Virus record (IMG/VR): IMGVR_UViG_3300042554_001750
Origin: a virus
Lineage: Duplodnaviria > Caudoviricetes
Direction: 5' to 3' (one strand)
Length of the DNA: 64,000 bases
Part shown: in pieces, positions 45,942 through 55,240 of the stretch
How positions within the stretch are numbered: the first letter of the stretch is position 1
How the letters are laid out: every line of letters starts with the position of its first letter
The notes under the pieces: generated by a model
What the model was told of the DNA's origin: nothing
Database searches by the model: none
What the model saw: the letters and a program-made list of their open reading frames with translations, nothing else
Made by a program: the position numbers and the translations under genes

Positions 45942-47501
45942 CTATTCTCCTAACGCCTCTGTCATTGCATCATCACTATCAATGATTTCTTCATCAATTT
46001 CGGGTTCTGAATTTTCAAAACTAAACAGTTGATCAAACATAGTCATAGCGTTAACAGTCTTTTTACCACTAATACCCTGACTACCACTTTGCATTTGCGT
46101 CCATAGTTTGCTATGTCGCTCAATAACTTCTAAACTTTCAGCCTTTGTTTTCTTACTAAAGATTTCTTCAATCACATCTTTGTACAGTATACGATCAAAT
46201 GTTTCATTCATCAACATTTTTGGTATAACTCCCTGTTCATATCTACGGTTAGCTTCTTGAACACCATTGATATGCATCCAAACATTGTGACTTTGAACCA
46301 ATGTATAACTTAATGTATCCCAACTAGTTTTAGTTTCTTTACCGTGTTGACCCAAAAAGCCAACACCACGATAGCATAAATCTTTAAGTAAGAGTTTATC
46401 AGTTACTGGACTATCTGTAAATGTATCATGGATACCTTCAGCCAAAACAGCAGTGCTAAATTTGCGAGTATCATTAGCAAAGTTTTTATTTTCTGCGGTT
46501 TTTTCCATACTGTATGACCATTTTTTACCATGCTCAAAACTATTATTGAAATAAGCAAGGCCCTTAGCTGCACCATAAAATGGGCTAGCGCAGTCAAAAG
46601 TAATTTCCAAATTAGGATTGTGATATTTGCGTATTGCCTTTTTAATATCACTAAACAATACCGCATATTCCATGATACTAACACCTAGGCAATGAATTAA
46701 ATCATGTTTGCCCGGAATCAATAATCCATCATAGATAATATCAACTAATCTACGCAACATTAAATGTACATCAATTTTATTCTGACCACCGAATGCCCAA
46801 CCATTAAAATGATTGTCTGGATAGATATTTGGGTCACAATATTTTTTCATTTCAAGATACCAATCATCACTTTGAGTATGATTGCGACCTTGCAATACAT
46901 TTAAGAACTTACATTTGCCCGAACGGTTTTGAATAAAATATTCGTTGTTGATATGTGTAGCAGCAATCGCTTCTTCAATTGTGCTGATACCATGTGCTGA
47001 TTTACCAGTTTTGGGATCTTTGATATGAAAAGTAGTTAGTGACTGTGAAGGAATATCAAGACACATACCATAATCCATGTATGTATCCATCCATGTCAAA
47101 ACTTCCTTGCGCTTTTTCATGGCACGAGGACAGTTAGGATCCTTCCAATCAGCAGGCCACTGGCATTTTAGAATCTGAAATCCACCTGAGTCACCGAGCA
47201 TGAATGTGCCCGGTTCACGCTCACGGATAATGCTTTCATTTGGGTCATCTTTAGTGATATCTAAGTTAGCATGACCAGCACTGTACAATCCCCACTTATA
47301 ATAGTAAAGACCTTGTTGACTGTTTAAGAAATTCAAACATTCAACATCATTATTAAAACCAGCAGGAATCCTTGACTTCTCAAAATATTCCTCACCTTTG
47401 CGTTGCTTACCTAATCCACTGATGTAAAAACTACTAACAGCGGGCAAGAATAATGCCCACTCTGGATTGTGTTTACTAGAAAGATTATCTTGTTCCATCA
47501 T
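45942..47501 (-). CDS. TGT-family base-exchange enzyme (DpdA-like)
   Basis: MLGDSGGFQI, CLDIP, LNVLQG, GWAFGG, HCLGV, FDCASP, SHN; TGT CxCxxC zinc motif not evident. Confidence 0.8.
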   Translation of the reverse strand: MMEQDNLSSKHNPEWALFLPAVSSFYISGLGKQRKGEEYFEKSRIPAGFNNDVECLNFLNSQQGLYYYKWGLYSAGHANLDITKDDPNESIIREREPGTFMLGDSGGFQILKCQWPADWKDPNCPRAMKKRKEVLTWMDTYMDYGMCLDIPSQSLTTFHIKDPKTGKSAHGISTIEEAIAATHINNEYFIQNRSGKCKFLNVLQGRNHTQSDDWYLEMKKYCDPNIYPDNHFNGWAFGGQNKIDVHLMLRRLVDIIYDGLLIPGKHDLIHCLGVSIMEYAVLFSDIKKAIRKYHNPNLEITFDCASPFYGAAKGLAYFNNSFEHGKKWSYSMEKTAENKNFANDTRKFSTAVLAEGIHDTFTDSPVTDKLLLKDLCYRGVGFLGQHGKETKTSWDTLSYTLVQSHNVWMHINGVQEANRRYEQGVIPKMLMNETFDRILYKDVIEEIFSKKTKAESLEVIERHSKLWTQMQSGSQGISGKKTVNAMTMFDQLFSFENSEPEIDEEIIDSDDAMTEALGE

Positions 47502-47869
47502 CCGATTTTAATTTCCATTGATGTAAGTTTCCTTACAATATCAATTTGTTCTTTTTTTTCTTTAATTTGTTTTTGAAGATCAGCAATGGTTGGGTTAGTT
47601 TTTGCTAACTCATTTAGTTCCATTTCTTCTTGGCGTTTTTGCCTTGCCCAATCAAGTAACGATTCAGCTTCGGGCGTCATTGAAACAGTAGAATATCCAG
47701 AAGCCATTTGAATCCAATTAGCTCCATCGTATATTTCAATATTTTGTGTTGAAGTATTAAACCGCATGTTACCAACACCTTGAGATCCACTGTAGTTATT
47801 CACATAAGTAGAGCCCGAGCCGCCGGTAACAGTCAGATATTTTCCACCGCCTGTAATGTTCTTAATCAT
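47498..47869 (-). CDS. hypothetical protein
   Basis: GNMRFNTSTQNIEIYDGANW; C-terminal coiled coil. Confidence 0.7.
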   Translation of the reverse strand: MIKNITGGGKYLTVTGGSGSTYVNNYSGSQGVGNMRFNTSTQNIEIYDGANWIQMASGYSTVSMTPEAESLLDWARQKRQEEMELNELAKTNPTIADLQKQIKEKKEQIDIVRKLTSMEIKIG

Positions 47870-48597
47870 TTTGCTTGCGCAGGAAGTAGATACTTGTATG
47901 TTGCAAGACCACTATCAACAGTAATCTCTGTAGCACCCTGATCACTAACCTTAACAGTCTTATCACCGGGCAAGTCCATAATAGATTGGAAGACCTTTAC
48001 AGGCCAGTTCCAAGCCTTACTTAGTGTACCAGTTACACCACTGTGAAACACAAAGTTACCACTGTGAGTTGAAGGATCACCGAAGTTAATCTTTAGATCA
48101 CCATTAAGTGTGGTCATAGTAAAGTGTTGTTCTTCACTGTTAGCACTTGCTTGTTTCTTCAAACGCAAGATACCTGCAATGCTAGGTTCAAATTCAACGT
48201 TCCAATTAGCACCCTTGAATACTGGAGTCTTGATTTTTTCTTCAACAATGGACTTGCTCATCAAACGGTAATCGTTTACGAAGTCATTGTTTTTAGTTTG
48301 AAAGTGAATGTTAGTGGGAACCATTGGATCATCTTTAGTTCCGCGTGTAACATTAACAGTGGCTTGTTCATCATACTCATCAAAACCAAGAATAGTTTTG
48401 AGCTTGCTAAGATTAGGCATACCAAATGTGCCGATAAAGTCACTAACTGGTTGCTTGAATGTACCCATTACGATAACACTCTTATCTTCTGCGATACTAA
48501 CAATTTGTGTTTCTTTGTCAGTACCCACAACCTTGACCAGCTCAATAACTCCTAGTCCATGTGTATGTTGAATCAAATCTTGTAAATAATCTTTCAT
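47866..48597 (-). CDS. sliding clamp (T4 gp45-like)
   Basis: size 243 aa, IGTFGMPNLSKL, VKVSDQGATEITV..YKYLLPA; adjacent to polymerase. Confidence 0.7.
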   Translation of the reverse strand: MKDYLQDLIQHTHGLGVIELVKVVGTDKETQIVSIAEDKSVIVMGTFKQPVSDFIGTFGMPNLSKLKTILGFDEYDEQATVNVTRGTKDDPMVPTNIHFQTKNNDFVNDYRLMSKSIVEEKIKTPVFKGANWNVEFEPSIAGILRLKKQASANSEEQHFTMTTLNGDLKINFGDPSTHSGNFVFHSGVTGTLSKAWNWPVKVFQSIMDLPGDKTVKVSDQGATEITVDSGLATYKYLLPAQAK

Positions 48598-48670
48598 GTT
48601 TTTCCTTTTAAATATTTAGGCATTTATACTGTGTATAATAATGGATTTTTTTGCGAATGTCAATTTCAAT

Positions 48671-51385
48671 TTAACCGAAACTAAACAAATCATCAAATGT
48701 TGAATTTGTATCTGTGTTGCTACGCAAATCCCAACCTAACACACCTAGCAAGTTTTCAATCTTTTCGTCAACTAGTGTGCGTTCCATTTCACTATCATCA
48801 AACGGCAACTCACAGAACCATTGAGGCAATCTAAGTTCGTCAGTTGGATAAGCAATACTTGTAAAGTTCAATGGATTGGGTTTAAGTTTACAAACAATAA
48901 CCTTCATTCCGTCAACAATCTTCATACTATAGTTGTCACTGTTGACACGGCGTAGATAGTTGTAGTTTAGTGCTCCTCTGACATGTCCGGGCATATTAGC
49001 ACGACCTGTTGGGCTTTTCTTTTCTAGTTCTTCGTAATATGTAAGTTTGTTTACAGACTTAGGACTACCCTTTGTCCAACTATCCTGTGCAGATAAGATC
49101 CGTTTGAAACCTTTGATAGCTTCAATTACTTCGTCACGACCCTTACCTTGTTGAATGACCATGCTCAATATATTCATTAAGAATTCTTGAACATACTTAG
49201 GAGTATCAGCCCGTTTCAAATCAAGACCCATAGCCTTGATATCACCCAGTTTGCCATCTTTATCTTTGCGCTTACCTTCTTTATCAAAGATATTGATTGC
49301 ATAACGCTTCTTAGTAATAAAGATAGTACGGTCACCAATTAATTCACGACCAGCCTTGATGATTTCACCGTTCTTGCGAGGCGCGTGAAATGCACGTTCC
49401 ATGAATGCGGGGAATGTGTCATTTGTTTGTTCAGCAATACTATCGTATAAACCTATACAAACATCCTTGTTCCATTCTAATTCATTATTATCTATTTGTG
49501 TTTTAAGAATAGGATAAGCACTAAAGTAGCATGAGTCAGTATCCCCGTATACAATTGCGGGACCATTATGATTGTATTCGCCTTCTACAATTTCATTGAT
49601 CTGGCTCATCATGTGTTTAACAATCTGACGACCACTCAATGTTACTGATTGACCAATGCGTTTATCATAGAATCGGCAATGCTCATTCAAAAGTGCGCCA
49701 TACGCAGAGTTAAGCAAAATTTTACGGACAAGCTGTCGTTTGTCGTAATATTCATACATATCAGTGCCGTATGCTTCCTTAGCTTGCTTTTGAATTGACT
49801 TCCGTTCTGTATACCAGCGTGATAACAGACCTGGAATTACACCTTCAGTATCATACCTAAAGATTGTTCCATTAGCACTAAGAATAAATGGATTGTGACT
49901 ATCAAAGATTAATTTCCATATCTCAGCAGCACTCATTTCTACGCTATCACCATTTTCATAGTCAAGTGTAAGCATAGTACCACGCTCTTGGCGCATGATT
50001 GCTTCATATTCTAATGAACCAAATAAACCTTCCCAGAGTATCGCGCCAGTTACTTCTTCATCATCGTCCTTGGCACGTTTCTTTTCACTGGCTAGCCTTC
50101 TGCCTTTATCTCGCATGTACTGGTCAGTAAGTGTTTGTCTGACTTGTCCAACGATTGTTTCGGGGGCCATGTTAAGGGCGCGAATAGCCGAGGGATAGAG
50201 CGAGTTAATGTCAACTGCACCGACCCATTCGTGGATGCCTCTTTTGGGCGTAGCAACATAGGCACCTGCCGCTTGTTGTTCATCTGTATGATTTTCCTTT
50301 CGTCGTTTATCGGGTACTACCATACCACGTTCATGAGCCTCGTTCATGATTGCCATTTCAATCATTGCAACAGACCCCATGACAGTTGGCAATAGCACAG
50401 TATTTTCATGTGCTAGTGCATTAGCTAAATCTAAAAACTTAAGTTTATTATGAATCTTAACAAGCAACATTGTATCTTGGCGATTGTATTCTACGAACCT
50501 TTTAAAGTCCTTGTTATACAATTGATCCAATGTACCTTCGTACTGTGTTTTGTTTTCACCGACTTCCATTTCACCAATGAAGTCCAATTTATAACTATGC
50601 CGACTTTCATAGTTGTACTTCTTATACAACTGCAAATAGTCCATATGAACACGACCAACTAGATCATATGTTGTTTCTTCTTTACCGAAACGCTCATAGG
50701 TTCTTGGCTTGGGAAGTTGACCAAGCAAACAAAACTTGCGTGTGTCATCCTTGCTCATAACCCTTGTTACACGGTTAACCATGTAGGGTATATCATAGCC
50801 TTCTGAGTTCCAACCAGTAAGAATATCAGCATCCTCAATCAGTTGAAAGAATGTTTCAAACATTTCTATTTCACTACGGAACAGAAGTGTGTTGGGCATA
50901 TCTTTAACTAAATCGTGTGCAGTTTCATCTGTCATGCCGCGAGGAGGGATGACAAGGGTAACTAGTTGGTCTAGCCAATCTAGGTATAGACTGATTGCAG
51001 TTACAGGATTGAAGGGATCACTTGTGGGACTAAAACCCTTTTCAGGATCAAAGTCAACCTCAATGTCAAAGAAGCATGTATGTAGCTTGGGACTTTCTAC
51101 CCCAAGATAATTTTCGCTTAGACAACGGAACACAACGTTGATATCACTTTCAAACAATTTCTTGTTTGCGTGAATCCTGCGTTCCTTTTCAAATTCACTA
51201 CGCTTGCGTGAACTGAATTTAGTTACCTTATCTCCGAAGATGCTATGATATTTGCCTTTTAAATCGCTGAAATAAAAAGTATAATTGCAAGGATATTCCT
51301 TGTAGGTTCGTTTACCTTCAGGAGTTCGTTCTACTACATAGATGCGGTCACTATCACGGTCATGGATAGCATCAATATAACTCAT
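48671..51385 (-). CDS. family B DNA polymerase (T4 gp43-like)
   Basis: FDIEV exonuclease I, WNSEGYD, YNRQD, DINSLYPS, KILLNSAYG, YGDTDS, KKRY. Confidence 0.97.
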   Translation of the reverse strand: MSYIDAIHDRDSDRIYVVERTPEGKRTYKEYPCNYTFYFSDLKGKYHSIFGDKVTKFSSRKRSEFEKERRIHANKKLFESDINVVFRCLSENYLGVESPKLHTCFFDIEVDFDPEKGFSPTSDPFNPVTAISLYLDWLDQLVTLVIPPRGMTDETAHDLVKDMPNTLLFRSEIEMFETFFQLIEDADILTGWNSEGYDIPYMVNRVTRVMSKDDTRKFCLLGQLPKPRTYERFGKEETTYDLVGRVHMDYLQLYKKYNYESRHSYKLDFIGEMEVGENKTQYEGTLDQLYNKDFKRFVEYNRQDTMLLVKIHNKLKFLDLANALAHENTVLLPTVMGSVAMIEMAIMNEAHERGMVVPDKRRKENHTDEQQAAGAYVATPKRGIHEWVGAVDINSLYPSAIRALNMAPETIVGQVRQTLTDQYMRDKGRRLASEKKRAKDDDEEVTGAILWEGLFGSLEYEAIMRQERGTMLTLDYENGDSVEMSAAEIWKLIFDSHNPFILSANGTIFRYDTEGVIPGLLSRWYTERKSIQKQAKEAYGTDMYEYYDKRQLVRKILLNSAYGALLNEHCRFYDKRIGQSVTLSGRQIVKHMMSQINEIVEGEYNHNGPAIVYGDTDSCYFSAYPILKTQIDNNELEWNKDVCIGLYDSIAEQTNDTFPAFMERAFHAPRKNGEIIKAGRELIGDRTIFITKKRYAINIFDKEGKRKDKDGKLGDIKAMGLDLKRADTPKYVQEFLMNILSMVIQQGKGRDEVIEAIKGFKRILSAQDSWTKGSPKSVNKLTYYEELEKKSPTGRANMPGHVRGALNYNYLRRVNSDNYSMKIVDGMKVIVCKLKPNPLNFTSIAYPTDELRLPQWFCELPFDDSEMERTLVDEKIENLLGVLGWDLRSNTDTNSTFDDLFSFG

Positions 51386-51645
51386 AGAGTCTTGCCAACT
51401 GCCTCTAGAATAGTATTCAAATCATCGTGTTCTTGATTGGCTTGTGTTAGACTAGCCTTGTGTGCAATACGGATAGCCTTCTTTAATACACTGGGCTTTA
51501 CTTCCAATTCTTCTGCGATTGCCTTAACTGTGTCACTCAAACCCTCATTCAATGTTTCAATCTCATGCATGACTGCCATGCCTTCATTGATGAGTTGGGT
51601 CAGTTTGATCTTTTGATCGCCACTAAAAGTCTTAGATGTAGTCAT
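51382..51645 (-). CDS. T4 DsbA/GapR-like dsDNA-binding protein
   Basis: INEGMAVMHEIETLNEGLSDTVKAIAEELEVKPSVLKKAI. Confidence 0.7.
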   Translation of the reverse strand: MTTSKTFSGDQKIKLTQLINEGMAVMHEIETLNEGLSDTVKAIAEELEVKPSVLKKAIRIAHKASLTQANQEHDDLNTILEAVGKTL

Positions 51646-51679
51646 TGTTTCTCCTTAAAAGTGTTTGATTATATATGTA

Positions 51680-52288
51680 TTACAGTTGTTTTTCAACAAT
51701 CTTTTTTACCGTTTTGTGTAATCCGGGATTTACATGCAATGAATGCGGTACAAGATTTTTACGGATATAGTTGCGTGTATACCGTTCATCTTCGTTACTC
51801 AAATCTTCGCACCATTCTAAATTTTTTCTTTGACACCAATCAATGAGTTCACTTTTAGGTGTAGTAAGAAATGGGCGAATAACATTGCCACGAATAATAT
51901 TAGGCACTTTGGGCTTACCATGCATTGCTGACCAAAGATATGTTTCTACACAATCATCTAAATGATGTGCGGTAATTACTGGTCCCAATGTAGCCAAATA
52001 CTGATAGCGTTCTTCACGCCAAAATTCTTCGTAACTCATATCACTGGGTTTGTCCCGATTTAGCAAACCCAAAAACATAGGTAATTTTCTTTGTGTACAA
52101 AACTTGCTTACAAACTTTAATGCCCGTTCGCTATTCTCTGTACCATGGTGATAGAATGCACAGGCAACATCATGCTTTTTGGATAAGAAATCCACAACAG
52201 CAACACTATCCACACCGCCGCTAAAGGCTACGGTAACTTGTTTGGGCAATGGGAATAATAGTTTAATCATTGTGCTAGTATAGCACAA
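51680..52288 (-). CDS. tilS: PP-loop ATPase, TilS N-terminal domain only
   Basis: AFSGGVDS, REERY, TAHHLDDCVET, RPFL, DLSN..TRNYIR. Confidence 0.85.
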   Translation of the reverse strand: MCYTSTMIKLLFPLPKQVTVAFSGGVDSVAVVDFLSKKHDVACAFYHHGTENSERALKFVSKFCTQRKLPMFLGLLNRDKPSDMSYEEFWREERYQYLATLGPVITAHHLDDCVETYLWSAMHGKPKVPNIIRGNVIRPFLTTPKSELIDWCQRKNLEWCEDLSNEDERYTRNYIRKNLVPHSLHVNPGLHKTVKKIVEKQL

Positions 52289-52296
52289 CTTAGAAT

Positions 52297-53001
52297 TTAT
52301 TGAAAGATGTGATGGTTCTGTTCGCCGTAAATCTTAATATATTTTCCAGCAAGTGCATCAGCCATTACCTCAATTGGGCTACCGGGATAACTATCACCCG
52401 GTTGAATCATATTCAATTCACCTTGGCGAACATGCACCAACTCATGGAAAACAGTTCTAAGAATATCTACAAGGTTACGGTTTTTAGCATAAACCCAAAC
52501 CTTATTGGAACCCTCAGTATGGCTACCTGTATGATGACCGTCTTGTGCTTCTTCGGTATCCATGCTAAGTTCTATTTCTGGGCGGGTTTGTAAATTCAAT
52601 CGTTTACGAGCCCAATCCGCAAACTTATTAACTTCATCCTCTAAATCACACTCAACATTTGCTTCGTCTAATTTACCTTTTATCCATTTATCTGGAGTTT
52701 CTTTATACTTTCGTTTAAATTTATTGTGTAATAACTCGCTTGTCATGTGATGGCGTTTAGCGATTTTTCTAATCAATTGATCAATAGTATTGTAATCATG
52801 CTTTGATAAGCTAGGTAACTTTTTTGCTAATTCATGTTCTGGTGATTCATACATGCTTTCGCCGCCGCCACCTCCGTCACCACCATCTGATTCGCCGGAG
52901 CCGAAACCAAAGTATCCGTAACCGGGAAAGAAATATCTACGTAAGGATTTTTTCCTAGACTTAGATTTTTTACGTTCGGTGATAAATTCAGTCGCTCTCA
53001 T
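52297..53001 (-). CDS. late tagged protein with zincin (HExxH) domain
   Basis: MRATEFITE; Gly-rich linker; VFHELVHVRQ..EVMAD. Confidence 0.75.
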   Translation of the reverse strand: MRATEFITERKKSKSRKKSLRRYFFPGYGYFGFGSGESDGGDGGGGGESMYESPEHELAKKLPSLSKHDYNTIDQLIRKIAKRHHMTSELLHNKFKRKYKETPDKWIKGKLDEANVECDLEDEVNKFADWARKRLNLQTRPEIELSMDTEEAQDGHHTGSHTEGSNKVWVYAKNRNLVDILRTVFHELVHVRQGELNMIQPGDSYPGSPIEVMADALAGKYIKIYGEQNHHIFQ

Positions 53002-53015
53002 AATAAGTATTTATC

Positions 53016-53450
53016 TTAACACCAACTCTGTTTGGCTTCACCGTAATATTCACGGGCAAAACCATTTTGAATCAGCATACTACGAAGGCTTTGTCCGTTA
53101 AGTATAATATCTCCTAGAACACGACCCCCAAACTTATCCCAATCATATAATACAACTTGGCGCTTTTGTGCGTTTGCTACTGCTTGTTTTGTAAATGCAC
53201 TTGCAGCTTGTCCACGCTGATCTTCCTGCGGGCATTTAGCACGGAATCCTTTCTCAGGTGTGTCAACCCCAAAGACACGAACTGCTAGTTCTTTCTTTAA
53301 TGGTGCTGGTAAAAAAGGTGCCTCTATGACTACAGTATCACCGTCATTTACCCTAAGAATATTAGCATCATAAGTTACACCTTGAGGTTTCTTTTGTGCA
53401 TAAGCAGTTGACATTAACGCTAATAAAACTATTGCTATTATTTTTTTCAT
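53016..53450 (-). CDS. secreted staphylococcal-nuclease family protein
   Basis: signal peptide; VNDGDTV, VRVFGVDTPE, DKFGGRVLG, GFAREY. Confidence 0.9.
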   Translation of the reverse strand: MKKIIAIVLLALMSTAYAQKKPQGVTYDANILRVNDGDTVVIEAPFLPAPLKKELAVRVFGVDTPEKGFRAKCPQEDQRGQAASAFTKQAVANAQKRQVVLYDWDKFGGRVLGDIILNGQSLRSMLIQNGFAREYYGEAKQSWC

Positions 53451-53464
53451 TCTTACTCCGTAAT

Positions 53465-53561
53465 AAAATGCTCACTTTGTAGTTTCACGGTAGCGAATCG
53501 TTACTCCTAAAGCCAGCAGCCGGCTACACCACGCAACGGATTGCGGTCCTAAGGTGGGTTC
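53465..53561 (-). ncRNA. uncharacterised structured RNA candidate
   Basis: GC-rich island in an AT-rich region; stems CGCAA/TTGCG, CACC/GGTG, AGCCGG/CTGGCT; GTAGC/GCTAC alternative pairing. Confidence 0.5.
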
Positions 53562-54668
53562 TTAAACTCTTGCTAATACAAATTGATTACCTTCAGCTTG
53601 TGGTTGATTTGCAATTTCTGGTGGTAAATCACTATATGGAATAGGCTTATACCCATATCTACCTGCGAATCTACGAATCATAGCTTGATACGCACTTGTC
53701 CTTGAGCCACCTTTACTCGCAAATAATATATAGTCCGGAACATTTATGTTTTTCAAATATTCGTTGAATGCTTTTAATACCGTAGCAAAAACTTTACCTG
53801 CATCACCTTCGCCAGTTTTTTCATATGTGCCACCTCTAGTGAAATCAAAATCAATCGCATTGATTTCTTCATGTAATGGGGTAAAGATAACTTCAATGTC
53901 ACGACCTTCACTATCATGTGCTACCGCAACATTGGCATATGTTTCATCATCTTCATACCAACTTTCAATTGGAAAAGATTTTTCAACATCAATTGATTCA
54001 TTTGTTTGTTTTTGTTGTGTTATCCATTGTCTAGCTTGTGGCTTGTTGGGCGGTGCGTTCGTAAATTTAACTAATTTTTTATAGGTATTTTGAATTTGAG
54101 ACTCGGTGCTAGCGCCATCACCACTATTGTCTATGATTGACAAATTATCAAATATCTGGGCAAATTTTCCAATATTGTTTTGAACATCATACCAGCTTTG
54201 TACTACCAATTTATCAGGTACAGTTCTTGTTCTTTGTTGATTGCGCTTTCGTGCTACTTCTAATTCTGTGTTGACAACAACAAGAAATGTATTATAACCT
54301 AATGCATCAAAGTTATTTTTTAACTTAGAAACTTTTTCATAGTCGTCGCCGGTACCGTCAATTACAAGACCCAATCTCCCGTCAATTGCTAGTTCTGATT
54401 TATCAGCAGTGATATCTTTTGCTTTTTGTCTTACAACATCACGCTTTTCTTTTTCTTCAGGTGGCATTTTAGGATCAATTGCATGTTTTTTCATTAGATA
54501 TTCAAAAGCAATATCACTATTGATGTTTACATATCCTAAAGCCTGTAACCCTAATTTTTGAGTAACATAACTTTTACCACTTCCGGGACCACCGATAATA
54601 AACACTGCTTTGAAAATAGCAGGGTCATTTACACCTTCACTGACATTAGTGAATTCTACGGCTCTCAT
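53562..54668 (-). CDS. late tagged P-loop kinase/NTPase (zeta-toxin/AAA_33-like) fused to TGEGDA module
   Basis: MRAVEFTNVSE|G; IIGGPGSGKS; NSDIAFE; LVIDGTG; ARKRNQQRTR. Confidence 0.8.
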   Translation of the reverse strand: MRAVEFTNVSEGVNDPAIFKAVFIIGGPGSGKSYVTQKLGLQALGYVNINSDIAFEYLMKKHAIDPKMPPEEKEKRDVVRQKAKDITADKSELAIDGRLGLVIDGTGDDYEKVSKLKNNFDALGYNTFLVVVNTELEVARKRNQQRTRTVPDKLVVQSWYDVQNNIGKFAQIFDNLSIIDNSGDGASTESQIQNTYKKLVKFTNAPPNKPQARQWITQQKQTNESIDVEKSFPIESWYEDDETYANVAVAHDSEGRDIEVIFTPLHEEINAIDFDFTRGGTYEKTGEGDAGKVFATVLKAFNEYLKNINVPDYILFASKGGSRTSAYQAMIRRFAGRYGYKPIPYSDLPPEIANQPQAEGNQFVLARV

Positions 54669-55111
54669 TATGCACGCTGTTTCTTAAGTATGCTACGCAA
54701 CATCCAGCCATGTTTGCCATGTGCGTCAATGCGACTTGCTATGAAATCAGCAATGCCCTGTTCGTTTTCTTGTTCAGCAATAGGAAATGCTTGTTTCCAC
54801 ATGTTTAATAATGTGGCATTGTCTTGTTGTAATTCTGCAATCATTAATTCGGCACGAGGAATTTTAGTTTGATCTGGTATTTGGCTTAGTTCAGCAAAGC
54901 GAGTAATAGAACCAGGTGTATAACTATCTAATTGACGAATTAATTCTGCTGTTTGGTCAATAGCGTTATCATATACTTCTTCGTACAAATTACCTAAAAA
55001 CTCATGGTATTGTGGGAAATCTGGACCTTCCACATTCCAATGAAAGTTTTGTGCTTTAATTACAAAAGCATAGCTTGTTGCTAATAATGTTTTAAGTGCG
55101 TCTGCTAACAT
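54668..55111 (-). CDS. dps: Dps/ferritin-like protein
   Basis: KAQNFHWNVEGPDFPQYHEFL..LYEE..D..AE.IR; HGKHGWMLRS. Confidence 0.92.
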   Translation of the reverse strand: MLADALKTLLATSYAFVIKAQNFHWNVEGPDFPQYHEFLGNLYEEVYDNAIDQTAELIRQLDSYTPGSITRFAELSQIPDQTKIPRAELMIAELQQDNATLLNMWKQAFPIAEQENEQGIADFIASRIDAHGKHGWMLRSILKKQRA

Positions 55112-55120
55112 AAATTACCT

Positions 55121-55240
55121 TTAATTATTTTTTGCAAATTCTGCTAATAAATCTCTTGCATGAGAAAAATCAATTGCCTGACAGTTGAAATCTTTCCATT
55201 CACCGCTTGCACATAACACTCTGAAATTGTATGTTTTCAT
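55121..55240 (-). CDS. 39-aa small protein (not in ORF track)
   Basis: MKTYNFRVLCASGEWKDFNCQAIDFSHARDLLAEFAKNN; TAATG coupling. Confidence 0.55.
   Translation of the reverse strand: MKTYNFRVLCASGEWKDFNCQAIDFSHARDLLAEFAKNN

Noticed and set aside
45942-47501. Canonical tRNA-guanine transglycosylase (tgt)
   Set aside because: Longer and highly divergent, no clear CxCxxC zinc motif, and the context (DpdL-like gene, clamp, polymerase) favours a DNA-acting enzyme; tRNA activity is not formally excluded
32572-47501. T4-style glucosyl-hydroxymethylcytosine system
   Set aside because: No dCMP hydroxymethylase or thymidylate-synthase-like gene in the window; it could lie elsewhere in the genome
48671-51385. 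Intein or intron in the DNA polymerase
   Set aside because: 904-aa continuous ORF with all motifs in normal order; no intein termini or LAGLIDADG/HNH insert seen
53459-53561. Hammerhead, HDV-like ribozyme or SRP RNA assignment
   Set aside because: CTGCTGG is not the CUGAUGA core and no stem II fits; no HDV L3 signature; the AGCAGCC and GGTCC elements are in the wrong order for SRP
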